The notes under the pieces are model-generated. The model did not search any database. It had not been told where the DNA came from and was given only the letters and a program-made list of their open reading frames with translations. From a virus: a DNA stretch of 64,000 nt. Shown here piece after piece: positions 15,835 to 26,700 of the stretch. Position 1 is the stretch's first letter. Every line of letters begins with the position of its first letter. The stretch lies in the IMG/VR virus record IMGVR_UViG_3300022925_000006, one strand, 5' to 3'. A program made the position numbers and the translations under genes.

Positions 15835-18408
15835 ATGGGAACTACAACACTAAAACTTGAAGGCACCAATGGTGACCTCAAGGAGATAACAACCGCAGAA
15901 GAGAACTACCTTGCGTATCAGGCAGGGTTGCATCTGTCTGCGTTGGATTCTAGTGATGTCGCAACATTAACTCAAGTCAGTACCAGTAATACCCTAATCG
16001 GTACATTTACTGATACTACATTTGATGATGCGCCTGGCACACATGGATTTGCGGGTGGTACTGTTCCTGTTACACAAACAACAACTTCTTTATATCAAAG
16101 AGAAGGTGTCGCTGATTTCTCAGGAGATTCAGCTTCAGCTGCATTTCGATACCCCACAGAGTTTGTTGACAACGGTGGAACACCAGAAGTTCACGAACTG
16201 GATTCGGCTGAAGTAGATACCCTTGCCGACAGACTTACTTCTCGTATCGTAACATCCGAATATCCAGGCACATATCGACTGGGTTCGTCCTCGCCTGGCG
16301 GAACATATTCCGTATATAAAGCAGGCGTGTTTTCGGATAGACTACAAACAGGCACTTCGGGTACAGCCTACAATCTGTATGTGAAGTCCTCGATGACTCC
16401 ACCAACTACAGTAAGACCAGTATCCATTAAAAGGTCTAGTGGTCTGACAGGTTCGTTCCAAGGCATCCAAGAAATGAGTGATGCCCAGATACGATACACT
16501 TTTGGTTCAAGAGTCCAAAGTCGTGTCATGAATGGAAGTGGTGGAGTAGGCACATATCAATTAAGAAGTAATGTTCAAGGCGCTCCTACTGATACAGGGA
16601 CATGGTCTACCAGAGGAACTGCAACAGATACTCGTTATGCCTTGGTCAATACGGATTACTCTGCAACGTATCTAAGAAATAGTACACTAGATTCTACCCG
16701 AAATAGTACTAGAGACCGTTCAGCTGCAACAGATTATGTCGGTAATTACACTCGAAACTTCACTGCAAATTTCCTTGGGGAATATGTCGGTGATTTCACG
16801 GGCAACTTCATAGGCGACTTTACAGGCGATTATCAAAGAAGTTTTATTGGTAACTTTGTAGGTAACTATAGTAGAGACTTCATTGGTGATTATACGGGTA
16901 ACTATTCTAGAAGTTTCCTTGGTAACTATATTGGCAACTATGCTCGTGCATATTCCGCTGTATATTCAAGAACTCGTGTAACAACATATACTGGTAACTT
17001 TATCGGTAATTATGTTGGTAACTATGCTCGTAATTTCTCGGCTGCATACACAAGAGACCGAGTAACCAATTTTATCGGAGATTTTACTGGTAACTTTATT
17101 GGTAACTATGCACGTAACTTTTCTGCCAACTATCAAAGAACTAGAGCCACCAATTTTATAGGTAACTTCCTTGGTGATTATACTGGTAACTATGCTCGTG
17201 CATATGCTGCTGCTTATACTAGAAACAGAGTTGCAACCTTTACGGGTGACTTTGTAGGTAACTACACAGGTAACTTTGTAGGTAACTATGCAAGAACCAG
17301 AGCAACTAATTACCAAAGAACTCGTACAACTAACTATGCTCGTAACTTTGCTGCTGCTTATACTAGAAACAGGCTTGCAACCTTTACGGGTAACTTTGCA
17401 GGTAACTATGTAGGTAACTTCCTTGGCGACTATGTAGGTAACTTTGTAGGAAACTATGCAAGAACTCGTACAACCAACTTTCTTGGTGGTGGTAAAAGTG
17501 GTGATTTATATGCCTACACAGGTAACTTTGTAGGTAACTATTCAAGAACACGTGCAACTAATTACCAAAGAACTCGTGTTACTACATATTCAAGAACTCG
17601 TGTAACAAATTATGTAGCAGATTATGTCGGTAACTATACTGGTAACTATGCTCGTAACTACCTCGGCAACTTCCTTGGTGATTATGTAGGTAACTTTGTA
17701 GGTAACTATGCAAGAACTCGTGCTACTGCATACGCAAGGACTAGGATAACAAATTATGTAGCAGATTATGCTGGTAATTATACTGGTAACTATGCTCGTA
17801 ACTTTAGTGCAAACTATCAGAGAACTAGGGCGACTACCTACACTGGTAACTTCCTTGGTGATTATACTGGTAACTATGCTCGTACATATACTATTGATTC
17901 TACCCGAAATTCGACCAACACTTTTGCTGGCAACTTCGTTGGTGATTTTACGGGTAACTATGCTAGAAACTTTAGTGCTGATTATCAGAGAGACACTCTC
18001 ACCGATTTTGTTGGTGACTTTCTTGGCGAGTACACAGGCAACTATTCTAGAAGTTTCACTGCGGATTATCAGAGAACTCGTGTTTCAATATACTCAGCTG
18101 TATACTCTAGAACAAGAACATCTATATACAGCGCAGACTATCAACGAACACGTAACTCTAATTACACCAGAAATTCAACTAGGGATTCGTTAAGAAATTC
18201 TGTTGCGACCTTTACAAGAACTTCTGTTGTTGTTCGTTCAAGTGCATACAGTAGAACAAGAACCAGTGTGACTACCTTTACAGGTGATTTTACAGGTAAC
18301 TTTGTGGGCGACTTCACTGGTAACTATGTCGGTAACTATGTTGGAACAACCATTGATTCTGGAACTTCCACCATTACTACCTACACCCTGTACCAGAGAA
18401 CCGCATAA
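15835..18408 (+). CDS. Tetrapeptide-repeat virion protein B (single long self-complementary hairpin)
   Basis: Paralog of the previous gene (EENYLAYQAGLHL, GTATDTR); ~560 aa of 4-mer repeats around a central FLGGGKSGDLYA turn. Confidence 0.7.
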   Translation: MGTTTLKLEGTNGDLKEITTAEENYLAYQAGLHLSALDSSDVATLTQVSTSNTLIGTFTDTTFDDAPGTHGFAGGTVPVTQTTTSLYQREGVADFSGDSASAAFRYPTEFVDNGGTPEVHELDSAEVDTLADRLTSRIVTSEYPGTYRLGSSSPGGTYSVYKAGVFSDRLQTGTSGTAYNLYVKSSMTPPTTVRPVSIKRSSGLTGSFQGIQEMSDAQIRYTFGSRVQSRVMNGSGGVGTYQLRSNVQGAPTDTGTWSTRGTATDTRYALVNTDYSATYLRNSTLDSTRNSTRDRSAATDYVGNYTRNFTANFLGEYVGDFTGNFIGDFTGDYQRSFIGNFVGNYSRDFIGDYTGNYSRSFLGNYIGNYARAYSAVYSRTRVTTYTGNFIGNYVGNYARNFSAAYTRDRVTNFIGDFTGNFIGNYARNFSANYQRTRATNFIGNFLGDYTGNYARAYAAAYTRNRVATFTGDFVGNYTGNFVGNYARTRATNYQRTRTTNYARNFAAAYTRNRLATFTGNFAGNYVGNFLGDYVGNFVGNYARTRTTNFLGGGKSGDLYAYTGNFVGNYSRTRATNYQRTRVTTYSRTRVTNYVADYVGNYTGNYARNYLGNFLGDYVGNFVGNYARTRATAYARTRITNYVADYAGNYTGNYARNFSANYQRTRATTYTGNFLGDYTGNYARTYTIDSTRNSTNTFAGNFVGDFTGNYARNFSADYQRDTLTDFVGDFLGEYTGNYSRSFTADYQRTRVSIYSAVYSRTRTSIYSADYQRTRNSNYTRNSTRDSLRNSVATFTRTSVVVRSSAYSRTRTSVTTFTGDFTGNFVGDFTGNYVGNYVGTTIDSGTSTITTYTLYQRTA

Positions 18409-18447
18409 TTTTAATATATATAAACGTGAAGTCAACGGAGATTTAAA

Positions 18448-18897
18448 ATGGCAAGAACATGGTTAGACAACGCATTCTGGGAAACTCCCAAAAAACAAAT
18501 ATTGAATGCAATAAGTGAGGAAGAAATTGATAATCGCCAGATTCGTCAAGTTCATAAACTCAATAAACTAAATGATGATGGCACAGAGAACGAACTATTC
18601 ACTGAAGTTATGACCTTCCTTGGTGAAGAAAAGATTGATGCGTCAAGTAAAAAGCGTCTGGAAAAGAAACAGTCTGAGGCTGAACTTGAAAAACAAAAGG
18701 CGCTTGAACATGAACGTGCAAAGAAACTAGAGAAACTCTTTGAGTATAAACTAGAGACCTTTGAGATTGATGAAATTAAAGGTTCGAAGAATCGTTTATT
18801 AAAATCTAAACTGAGACGTTCCAAGTCGATTCCTGAAGTGAATCTATATGCTATGATGATTGTGAAGGAAACTCTCGATGACGAACACACCAAGTAA
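18448..18897 (+). CDS. Hypothetical charged helical protein (possible fibre chaperone)
   Basis: 149 aa, K/E-rich, GGAG SD; directly after the repeat proteins. Confidence 0.55.
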   Translation: MARTWLDNAFWETPKKQILNAISEEEIDNRQIRQVHKLNKLNDDGTENELFTEVMTFLGEEKIDASSKKRLEKKQSEAELEKQKALEHERAKKLEKLFEYKLETFEIDEIKGSKNRLLKSKLRRSKSIPEVNLYAMMIVKETLDDEHTK

Positions 18898-19627
18898 AGG
18901 TTTTGTAATTGTTGCGTCCAGAAATCAAAACTTCTATACGTATGCAGTTAACTTAATCGAATCAATCAAAGATTGGTATCCCGAAGCAAAAATCTGTCTT
19001 GTCACCGAACAACGTTTTATTGATGAACGTGCAGATGAAGCTGACCAAGTAATCTTTTGTACTGACCACTACCGTGCAAAACTATGGGGTATGTCTCAGA
19101 CTCCCTATGATGTAACAATGTATGTCGATGCAGACATGGATTGTGAACATGAAGATATCGCAAAGGTATGGGATGAGATGAAGGACTATGATATGGTCTT
19201 TCATGCATTGACCCCCGAACGTGAAAAGTACTATGCGATTCGTGAATTTAAATATGGTGATGGTATAGAGAAGTTTACTCTATGTGGGGGCGTGTGTCTA
19301 TATAGAAGTGGCAATCCTCTGGTTCGTGAGTTTATGGAAGACTGGTTTGAGTTGTTCAATAAACAACATAGTGGAATGTGGAAACCAAAAGGATTTGACA
19401 ACCAACAGTTTGATAGAGACCTTAAACATTTTGACCAGACAACTCTTTGGTGGTTAACAGAAAAAGAAGAAAAATATAAAGACCTCAAGATTGGTATTTT
19501 CCAAGATGACATTCGATGGAATTATTTTACCCAATATGCATATGAAGGTCTAAAGTCTATTGAAGGTAAACCACCTATCCTTAGACACTATTCTGGTTCA
19601 CTCCAGAAGGATAAGCTTATAGTATGA
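18878..19627 (+). CDS. GT-A fold glycosyltransferase (GT8-like)
   Basis: GFVIVA...NLIESIK, TPYDVTMYVDAD (DxD), GGVCLY, FDQ and C-terminal ILRHY motifs. Confidence 0.8.
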   Translation: MTNTPSKGFVIVASRNQNFYTYAVNLIESIKDWYPEAKICLVTEQRFIDERADEADQVIFCTDHYRAKLWGMSQTPYDVTMYVDADMDCEHEDIAKVWDEMKDYDMVFHALTPEREKYYAIREFKYGDGIEKFTLCGGVCLYRSGNPLVREFMEDWFELFNKQHSGMWKPKGFDNQQFDRDLKHFDQTTLWWLTEKEEKYKDLKIGIFQDDIRWNYFTQYAYEGLKSIEGKPPILRHYSGSLQKDKLIV

Positions 19628-20295
19628 AAGATATTCCGATAAAAAATCCTGAAGTACTAGAGGTTCTAAATAAATTCTTATGGTTTTATGACAACAAGGA
19701 TATTGTTGCAAAAAATCTAAGGGTTCATTCTGATGCAAATAAAAGGTCTCATTTTGTCGGTGAAAAATATCGTGACGAAATTATTGCAATGGATGACAGA
19801 CATGAAGGATTTCCCGATGAATGTCGTGGATATGGATTGAAGACTGACCGAATTCATACCGTTGATAGAGCAGACAACAGTGAAGTCGCTAGTATAGTTA
19901 AACAATACGGTAAGTTTAATCAAGAGTTATGTCAGTTACTATCAAGTCGGAATAATGCATTAGCACAATTATATCCGCCTGGCGGTTACATATCATGGCA
20001 CAATAATGCAAACGCATCTGCATACAATATTATTTTCTCTTGGTCAGAAACAGGAGAAGGTAACTTCAAGTATGTTGATGGTCATACAGGTGATACTGTT
20101 GTCATGCAAGATGTAAAAGGATGGCAGTGTAAAGCAGGATACTTTGGTGCATATGGGGAACCTTGGTACAATAGGGTCTATCATGCAGCCGAAACTGACT
20201 GTTGGAGACTTACTATATCATACATCTTTGACCGCAGCGACATGTCCCTTGGAATTCAAGATGATGTTATTGAGGAAATAATGTCAGAATTCTAG
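19624..20295 (+). CDS. 2OG-Fe(II) oxygenase/cupin-like protein
   Basis: YPPGGYISWHNN...YHAA...WRLTIS, a double-stranded beta-helix pattern with HxN...H...R. Confidence 0.65.
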   Translation: MKDIPIKNPEVLEVLNKFLWFYDNKDIVAKNLRVHSDANKRSHFVGEKYRDEIIAMDDRHEGFPDECRGYGLKTDRIHTVDRADNSEVASIVKQYGKFNQELCQLLSSRNNALAQLYPPGGYISWHNNANASAYNIIFSWSETGEGNFKYVDGHTGDTVVMQDVKGWQCKAGYFGAYGEPWYNRVYHAAETDCWRLTISYIFDRSDMSLGIQDDVIEEIMSEF

Positions 20296-20316
20296 TCCGT
20301 TAGACGTTGGAATCCT

Positions 20317-20324
20317 TATAAATA
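20317..20324 (+). promoter_or_regulatory. T4-type late promoter TATAAATA
   Basis: Exact consensus, intergenic. Confidence 0.8.
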
Positions 20325-20362
20325 AAGACAAGAAGAAATTGTTTTTACATGGGTATTCTACG

Positions 20363-20728
20363 ATGACACCAAATTACGAAGATATCACTATCCTACAAGG
20401 AACAGATGTAGCGATTGAAATACATCTGATTCACGATAGTGGTAGCGCTTTCAATTTGACCAATAGGTCGATTGAAGCCAAAATGAAAAGAAATTACGCC
20501 GACTCTGCGGATGACCCTGACACGGTGGCATTTAATTCGGTCGTAATAAATCCCCCCGAAGACGGCATCATCAATCTCTCATTAACAAATACACAAACCG
20601 ATGCACTGAAGACTCGTGGCAGATACGTCTATGACGTGGAAATATCATTCACAGACAGTGATTCGAATACAATAATCCAGAGAGTCCTTGAAGGACAGAT
20701 TGAAGTATCGCCTTCGGTCACCAAATAA
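20363..20728 (+). CDS. Small virion protein (BppU-N-like fibre adaptor)
   Basis: ITILQGTD...GIINLSLTNTQT...GRYVYDVEI...RVLEGQIEVSP; ATG at 20363 preferred over TTG at 20339. Confidence 0.65.
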   Translation: MTPNYEDITILQGTDVAIEIHLIHDSGSAFNLTNRSIEAKMKRNYADSADDPDTVAFNSVVINPPEDGIINLSLTNTQTDALKTRGRYVYDVEISFTDSDSNTIIQRVLEGQIEVSPSVTK

Positions 20729-20741
20729 AGGGAAAGTATAG

Positions 20742-23700
20742 ATGTCTGAAAAGATTTACATAAAGAAAATTGTAGTCGGAACACCCGTCAAAAAAGTGAC
20801 GGCTGGTGCCTTCTCTATTGATAATATATCTGGTGTCGTAACGGATAATATTCCAGAATCCGATGGTGCAATTTTTGCCTATAAGTCGTCAACAGGAAAA
20901 TACGAACTTGCTAATTTCATAAACGGTAGTAACATTACCGCTACCTATGATAGTGGTTTAAATAATTTTAGGTTTGACTTTACTGGTGGACAATATACTG
21001 GAAATCTTATTCCAGACAGCGACTCAATTCGTGACCTTGGTAGTCAAGATAACAAATGGCGTGACCTTTATCTTTCTGGTCAGACAATTACTCTCGGCAC
21101 ACTACAACTAAAAGACAGTGATGGTGAGTTTATTATTGTTGATGAGGTTAGTAATAAAACTTCGTTAAAGATTTCTCTTAGTAGTAACAATACCGATATT
21201 CTGAGTTTCAATGCCGAAACTGGTAACTTCATCTTTAGTGATTCGGATATTGCAAGAACGGATATTAACGACACATTCCATCAAGGTGTAACGGTAGTTA
21301 ATGGTGCGACTATTGATTCCGCAACAGTTACCAATCTTGCAAGTACAAACTTTACTGGTTCTCAGGCCACATTAGACAGTGCAAACATAAATGAACTGAG
21401 AGTATTGGGTAATACTGTTCTAGAAGGCAATCTTACTGTAACAGGCACAGAAACGACTGTCAACACCGAAACAATTAATCTTGCAGACAATACGATTGTT
21501 CTAAACTCGAATGCAACAGGAACACCAACAGAAAATGCGGGTATTGAAATTGAACGTGGTGACCTTGCTAACGTCTCATTTATATGGGATGAGGGTAATC
21601 AATATTGGACACTGGCTGACAAAACTCTAGAGACAACTGGTAAGATTCTTTTCGGAAACGTTTACTCTACCGAAGGTGACCTTCCGGCCGCATCATTGTA
21701 TCACGGTATGTATGCTCACGTCCATGCAACAGGTCGTGGATACTTCGCACACGCAGGTGACTGGCACAAACTGATTGATTCAGATACCACTACTTTACAA
21801 CAAGTTTATAATTTAACATCTAATAACGCTTCTATTGTTCAAGCAAATGTTACTACTGCGGACATTGTTAATTTAAATCCGACAAACACAATTGGTACGA
21901 ACGCAACCTATGATAGTGCTGCGATTCGAACACTAACATTTACCACCCTCACTAACACAACAAGTGATATTACTGAGGGTGGTAATCTCTATTATACTCG
22001 TGCAAGATTTGATTCTGCCTTGGGTGACGCAACATCGATTGCAAGTATCCGTAGTTACTTTGCAGCTTCAGGCGACTTGTCATATAATTCATCCACGGGT
22101 GTGTTTGAATTTGATGTAGAACAAGTATATACTAAAACAAACTTTGATAGTGACCTTGGTGCTGCCCTTGATGGTGGAACAGGTATCACTTATGATTCTG
22201 CTACAGACACAATTTCTATTACTGATACAGGGGTTGCTGCAGGAACCTATGGTTCTGCAAGTCAGATTCCAGTATTCACAGTAAACGCACAGGGTCAACT
22301 TGATAGTGCGGGTACAGTTGCGGTTGCAGGCGTAACCTCGTTTGCTTTTGATTCTTCTAATGGTAATCTTACTATCGGAACTGCCGATGGTGCCTCGTTT
22401 GTCACTACTGCAACACTTGACCCATATACAACAACCAATTTAGTTGAAGGTAGTAACCTCTATTATACTCGTGCGAGATTTGATTCTGCATTGGGTGACA
22501 CTACATCTACACAAACAATCCGTGGAATGTTTAGTTCTGGCGGAGACTTGACTTATGATTCTGCGACAGGTAACTTTACCTTCGATGTAGAACAGGTTTA
22601 TACCAAGTCTAACTTTGATTCTGATTTAGGTGCTGCCCTTGATGGTGGTACGGGAATCACGTATGATAGTTCAACTGATACAATTTCTATTACTGACACT
22701 GGTGTTGTCGCAGGTACATATGGTTCTGCAACACAAATTCCAGTATTTACTGTCAATGCACAAGGTCAGTTAGATAGTGCAGGTAGTGTAGCTGTTGCGG
22801 GTGTATCATCCTTCTCGTTTGATTCCGCAAATGGAAATATCTCTATTGGTACTGTCGATGGTAACACTTTCCTCACAACTATTACCCTTGACCCATATAC
22901 AACTACAGATTTAACTGAAGGGACAAATCTCTATTATACAACTGTTCGTGCGGACTCTGACTTTGATGTTAGACTTGCTACGAAAACAACAGATGATGTC
23001 ACAGAAGGGACTAATCTCTATTATACCACTGCAAGATGGGATGCTCAACTTGCTACGAAAACAACAGGCGATGTAACCGAAGGGTCAAATCTTTACTATA
23101 CCACTGCTCGTGCAGATAGTGATGCAAAGAATTCTGTATCAGTCACCGATGCGGGTGGAGATGGTTCGTTAAGTTATAATGCGGGTACTGGTGTAATTAC
23201 ATATACTGGGCCGAGTTCATCTGAGGTGAGAGCGCACTTTAGTGCGACAGGTGACCTATCCTACGATTCTTCTACTGGTGTATTTTCAATTGATGTTGAG
23301 AACGTATACTCTCAAGCAAACTTTGATAGTGACTTCTTAACTAGACTGACATCACAAATTGATAGTGCAGGTATCACTACACTTACGACTACTAACGGCA
23401 CAATTACTAATATTATATCCGATAGTGCGAGTATTGGCAACCTTTCTTTCACAAATCTTGCAAACACTACTTCAGATATTACTGAAGGGTCTAATCTTTA
23501 CTATACGACAGTAAGAAGTGATTCGGACTTTGATGTTCGTCTTGCAACTAAGTCTACCACAAACCTTGTAGAAGGTTCTAATTTATACTATACATTAGCA
23601 CGTGACGATAGTGCGTTTGATGTTAGATTTGCGATTAAATCTACAACAGACTTGACAGAAGGGACTAATTTATATTATACTACTGCTCGTCAGAACACAG

Positions 23701-26700
23701 ACTTTGACACCAGATTAGGTACAAAGTCTACCTCAGATGTTTCTGAAGGAACGAATCTTTATTACGTAAAATCTCGTGTAGATAGTGATATTGATTCTAA
23801 GTTCACTGCAAACTCTACGTCAGACTTATCAGAAGGGTCTAACCTCTATTATACTACTGCAAGAGCAGACAGTGATGCAAAAGCGTCTCTCTTAGTCAAT
23901 GACGCAGGTGGTGATGGTTCACTTACCTACGATAGTGGTACTGGTGTATTTACCTATACGGGGCCAAGTGCGACAGAAGTAAGAGCGCATTTCAATGGTG
24001 GTTCTGGTGTTACTATCAATGCAGGTGGAACGATTTCTATTGGTCAACCTGTAGGAACTACCGATGACGTAGTATTCGGTAAATCAACTATTGACTCTGC
24101 GGTTGTTGATGGAATTAACTTTAATGTTCTTACATCAAGACATTCAAATGCTGCTGGAACAGTATTCTTTGACTCAGACCACCAAAAAGGTCTGTCTGTT
24201 GTCATGGACACTCAGAACAATCCAAATCCTGATGTAACTCTTAACCTTGGTCAAGAGATATTCTTATATGTCCATAACTTAACTGGCGCTCAGATTAACA
24301 ACGGTGATGCAGTATACATCTCTGGAACTGCACACGGTAAACACCCACAAGTATCTCTTGCTCGTGCGGATATGTCGTCAACAGGTAATCCTTCTGGTCT
24401 TGCGACTATGGACATTCCAGATGGCGCTCACGGTTGGGTAACAAGATACGGTATTGTCCGTGATGTAAACACTGGTAGTTTTGCTGAAGGTTCTACACTA
24501 TATCTTTCCGCTGATTCCGCAGGTAAGTGGACATCAACCGAAGTTACTGTAGATACTGGATATCCTTTCCATATTGGTCAGGTTCTGACTGCTGACTCTA
24601 ATGTTGGTACAATCCTTGTAGACGGATTTAGTGAACACTTTGAGTATCTGCGTATTGAAGATAGACTGAAAGTCTCAGGTAGACTTGAAGCTGACTCTGC
24701 GTCACTTCTGAATGTTCAATTTAATACTACACTGTTTGATTCACATCAACCGTATAGTGAAGGTCTGTTGTATTATGATAATGCACACAAGACTCTGAAC
24801 TATAATGATGACATCACTGGTATGGTTCACGAAATTGGTATTCAAGAACACCAACGTGTTTATAATAATAGTGGTGCAACCATTAAGAAAGGTAATGCAC
24901 TATACTTTAGTGGTAACTACCTATCAGGTGATATTGATGTTCCGACTATTGGTCTTGCAGACGCAACGGACGTAAACGCATATAACGCTCAAGGTATTGC
25001 TGCCCAAGATATTGCAAACAACTCTTATGGTCACTGTTTGATTGCTGGTCAATTAACCGAAGTTGATACCTCACACTTGAGTGACGGTTCAAACTTCTTC
25101 GTATCCGTGACTACGCCTGGGTCTCACCAAAACGCATCTCCGACATATCCAAACTTCCCTATGTGTTTGGGTTGGGTTGTTAAGGCTGGTGATTCAGATA
25201 ATGGTATCTTACTTGTCAATCAACAGAACCACTCGGTTAACTCATTCCGTGTAAGAACTTCTGCACACATTGGTACAGACTTACAGGTTGACGGTAACTT
25301 AACGATTTTAGGTAGTCAGACCACTGTAGGTACATCTAATGTAACTCAGGGTTCTCCAATCTATCGTCTTAATGAAGGTGATGCGATTGGTGAAGCAGGA
25401 ACAGTCTTTACTGGTACTGGTCTTGACGATGCCTTCTTTGCAGGTCACTTTACAGGAACTTCTTCACAAACTTACTATGTAAGAATTGATGGTGTAGGAA
25501 CTGGTGCAGGTGGTGTAGATACCTTTGCTGTTGCACTTGGTAACGATAGTGCGTTTACTTCACCAGTTTTAATTAAACAGAATATTACTGGTGAACCACA
25601 ACTTATTCACTCTGCCGATAATATCTCGGTTGATTTTGGTGCGACTACAGGTCACGATAGTGGTGATAGATGGGCTGGTACTGCATCTCCTGTTAATGTA
25701 GATACTGGTTTCTTCACAAACCGAAATACTGGCACAAGTGGTGTCGGTTATACCCATATGGGTCTATGGTTTGATGTCACTGACGAGAAGTGGAAAATCA
25801 TTGATGAGTATGACTCAACACCTACAGGAACAATTAATGCTGCCGACTCTTCGTTCAGTCTTGCAACTCTAGTTGCAAATACGTTTGAAGGTAATCTGAT
25901 TGGTGCGGTAACAGGTAATGCTCAAACCGCTTCTGCTCTTGCAACTGGTCGTAACTTCTCCTTAACAGGTGATATTACTGCAAGTGCGGTATCCTTTGAC
26001 GGAACAGGTAACGTAACACTTACAACTGCATACAATCCAGGCAGTATCGTAAACGCAGATATCAATGCAACTGCAAATATCGCTGATAGTAAACTCGCAA
26101 CCATTACTACTGCGGGTAAGGTAAACAACTCTGCAACGACCGCTACAAGTGCAAATACTGCTTCTGCAATTATTGCTCGTGATGCAAGTGGTAACTTTGC
26201 GGGGGGTACATTCACTGGTGAAGTGAATCGTGACGCACAGACTACAGTAACCGCTGGAACATATGGTTCTGCAACTGCAATCCCTGTAATAACAGTTGAT
26301 GCAAATGGTTTTGTAGATAGTATGGGAACAATCGGTGTATCAGGTATTACTGGTGTAGACTTTAATAATTCAGACGGAACACTTACTATCAATACAAGTG
26401 GTAGTGACTTCTCTGATGTCCTTACCCTTGACCCATTCACTACTGCGGACTTGACAGAGAATACTAATCTCTATCACACAACCGCAAGAGTAAGAAGTGC
26501 CATTAGTGTAGATTCTGGCAGTGACTTGTCATACAACTCAACTACTGGTGTAATATCATTTACTGAATCGGATAGAAGTCCTGCTGATATTAGAGGATTA
26601 TTCTCCGCAGGTGGTGATTTAAGTTATAACGATAGTACTGGACAATTCTCATTCACCGATTCTGCACAACATACAAGTGCAGAGATTCGTGCAATGTTCT

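Noticed and set aside
16657-18348. Possible CRISPR array, DNA inverted repeat or diversity-generating retroelement behind the ggtaactat/ggtaacttt repeats
   Set aside because: The repeats are 12-bp in-frame codon units with synonymous variation and no unique spacers. The two arms are not reverse complements at DNA level (GGTAAC versus AGAACT), so the symmetry exists only in the protein. There is no reverse transcriptase or template/variable pair in the window.
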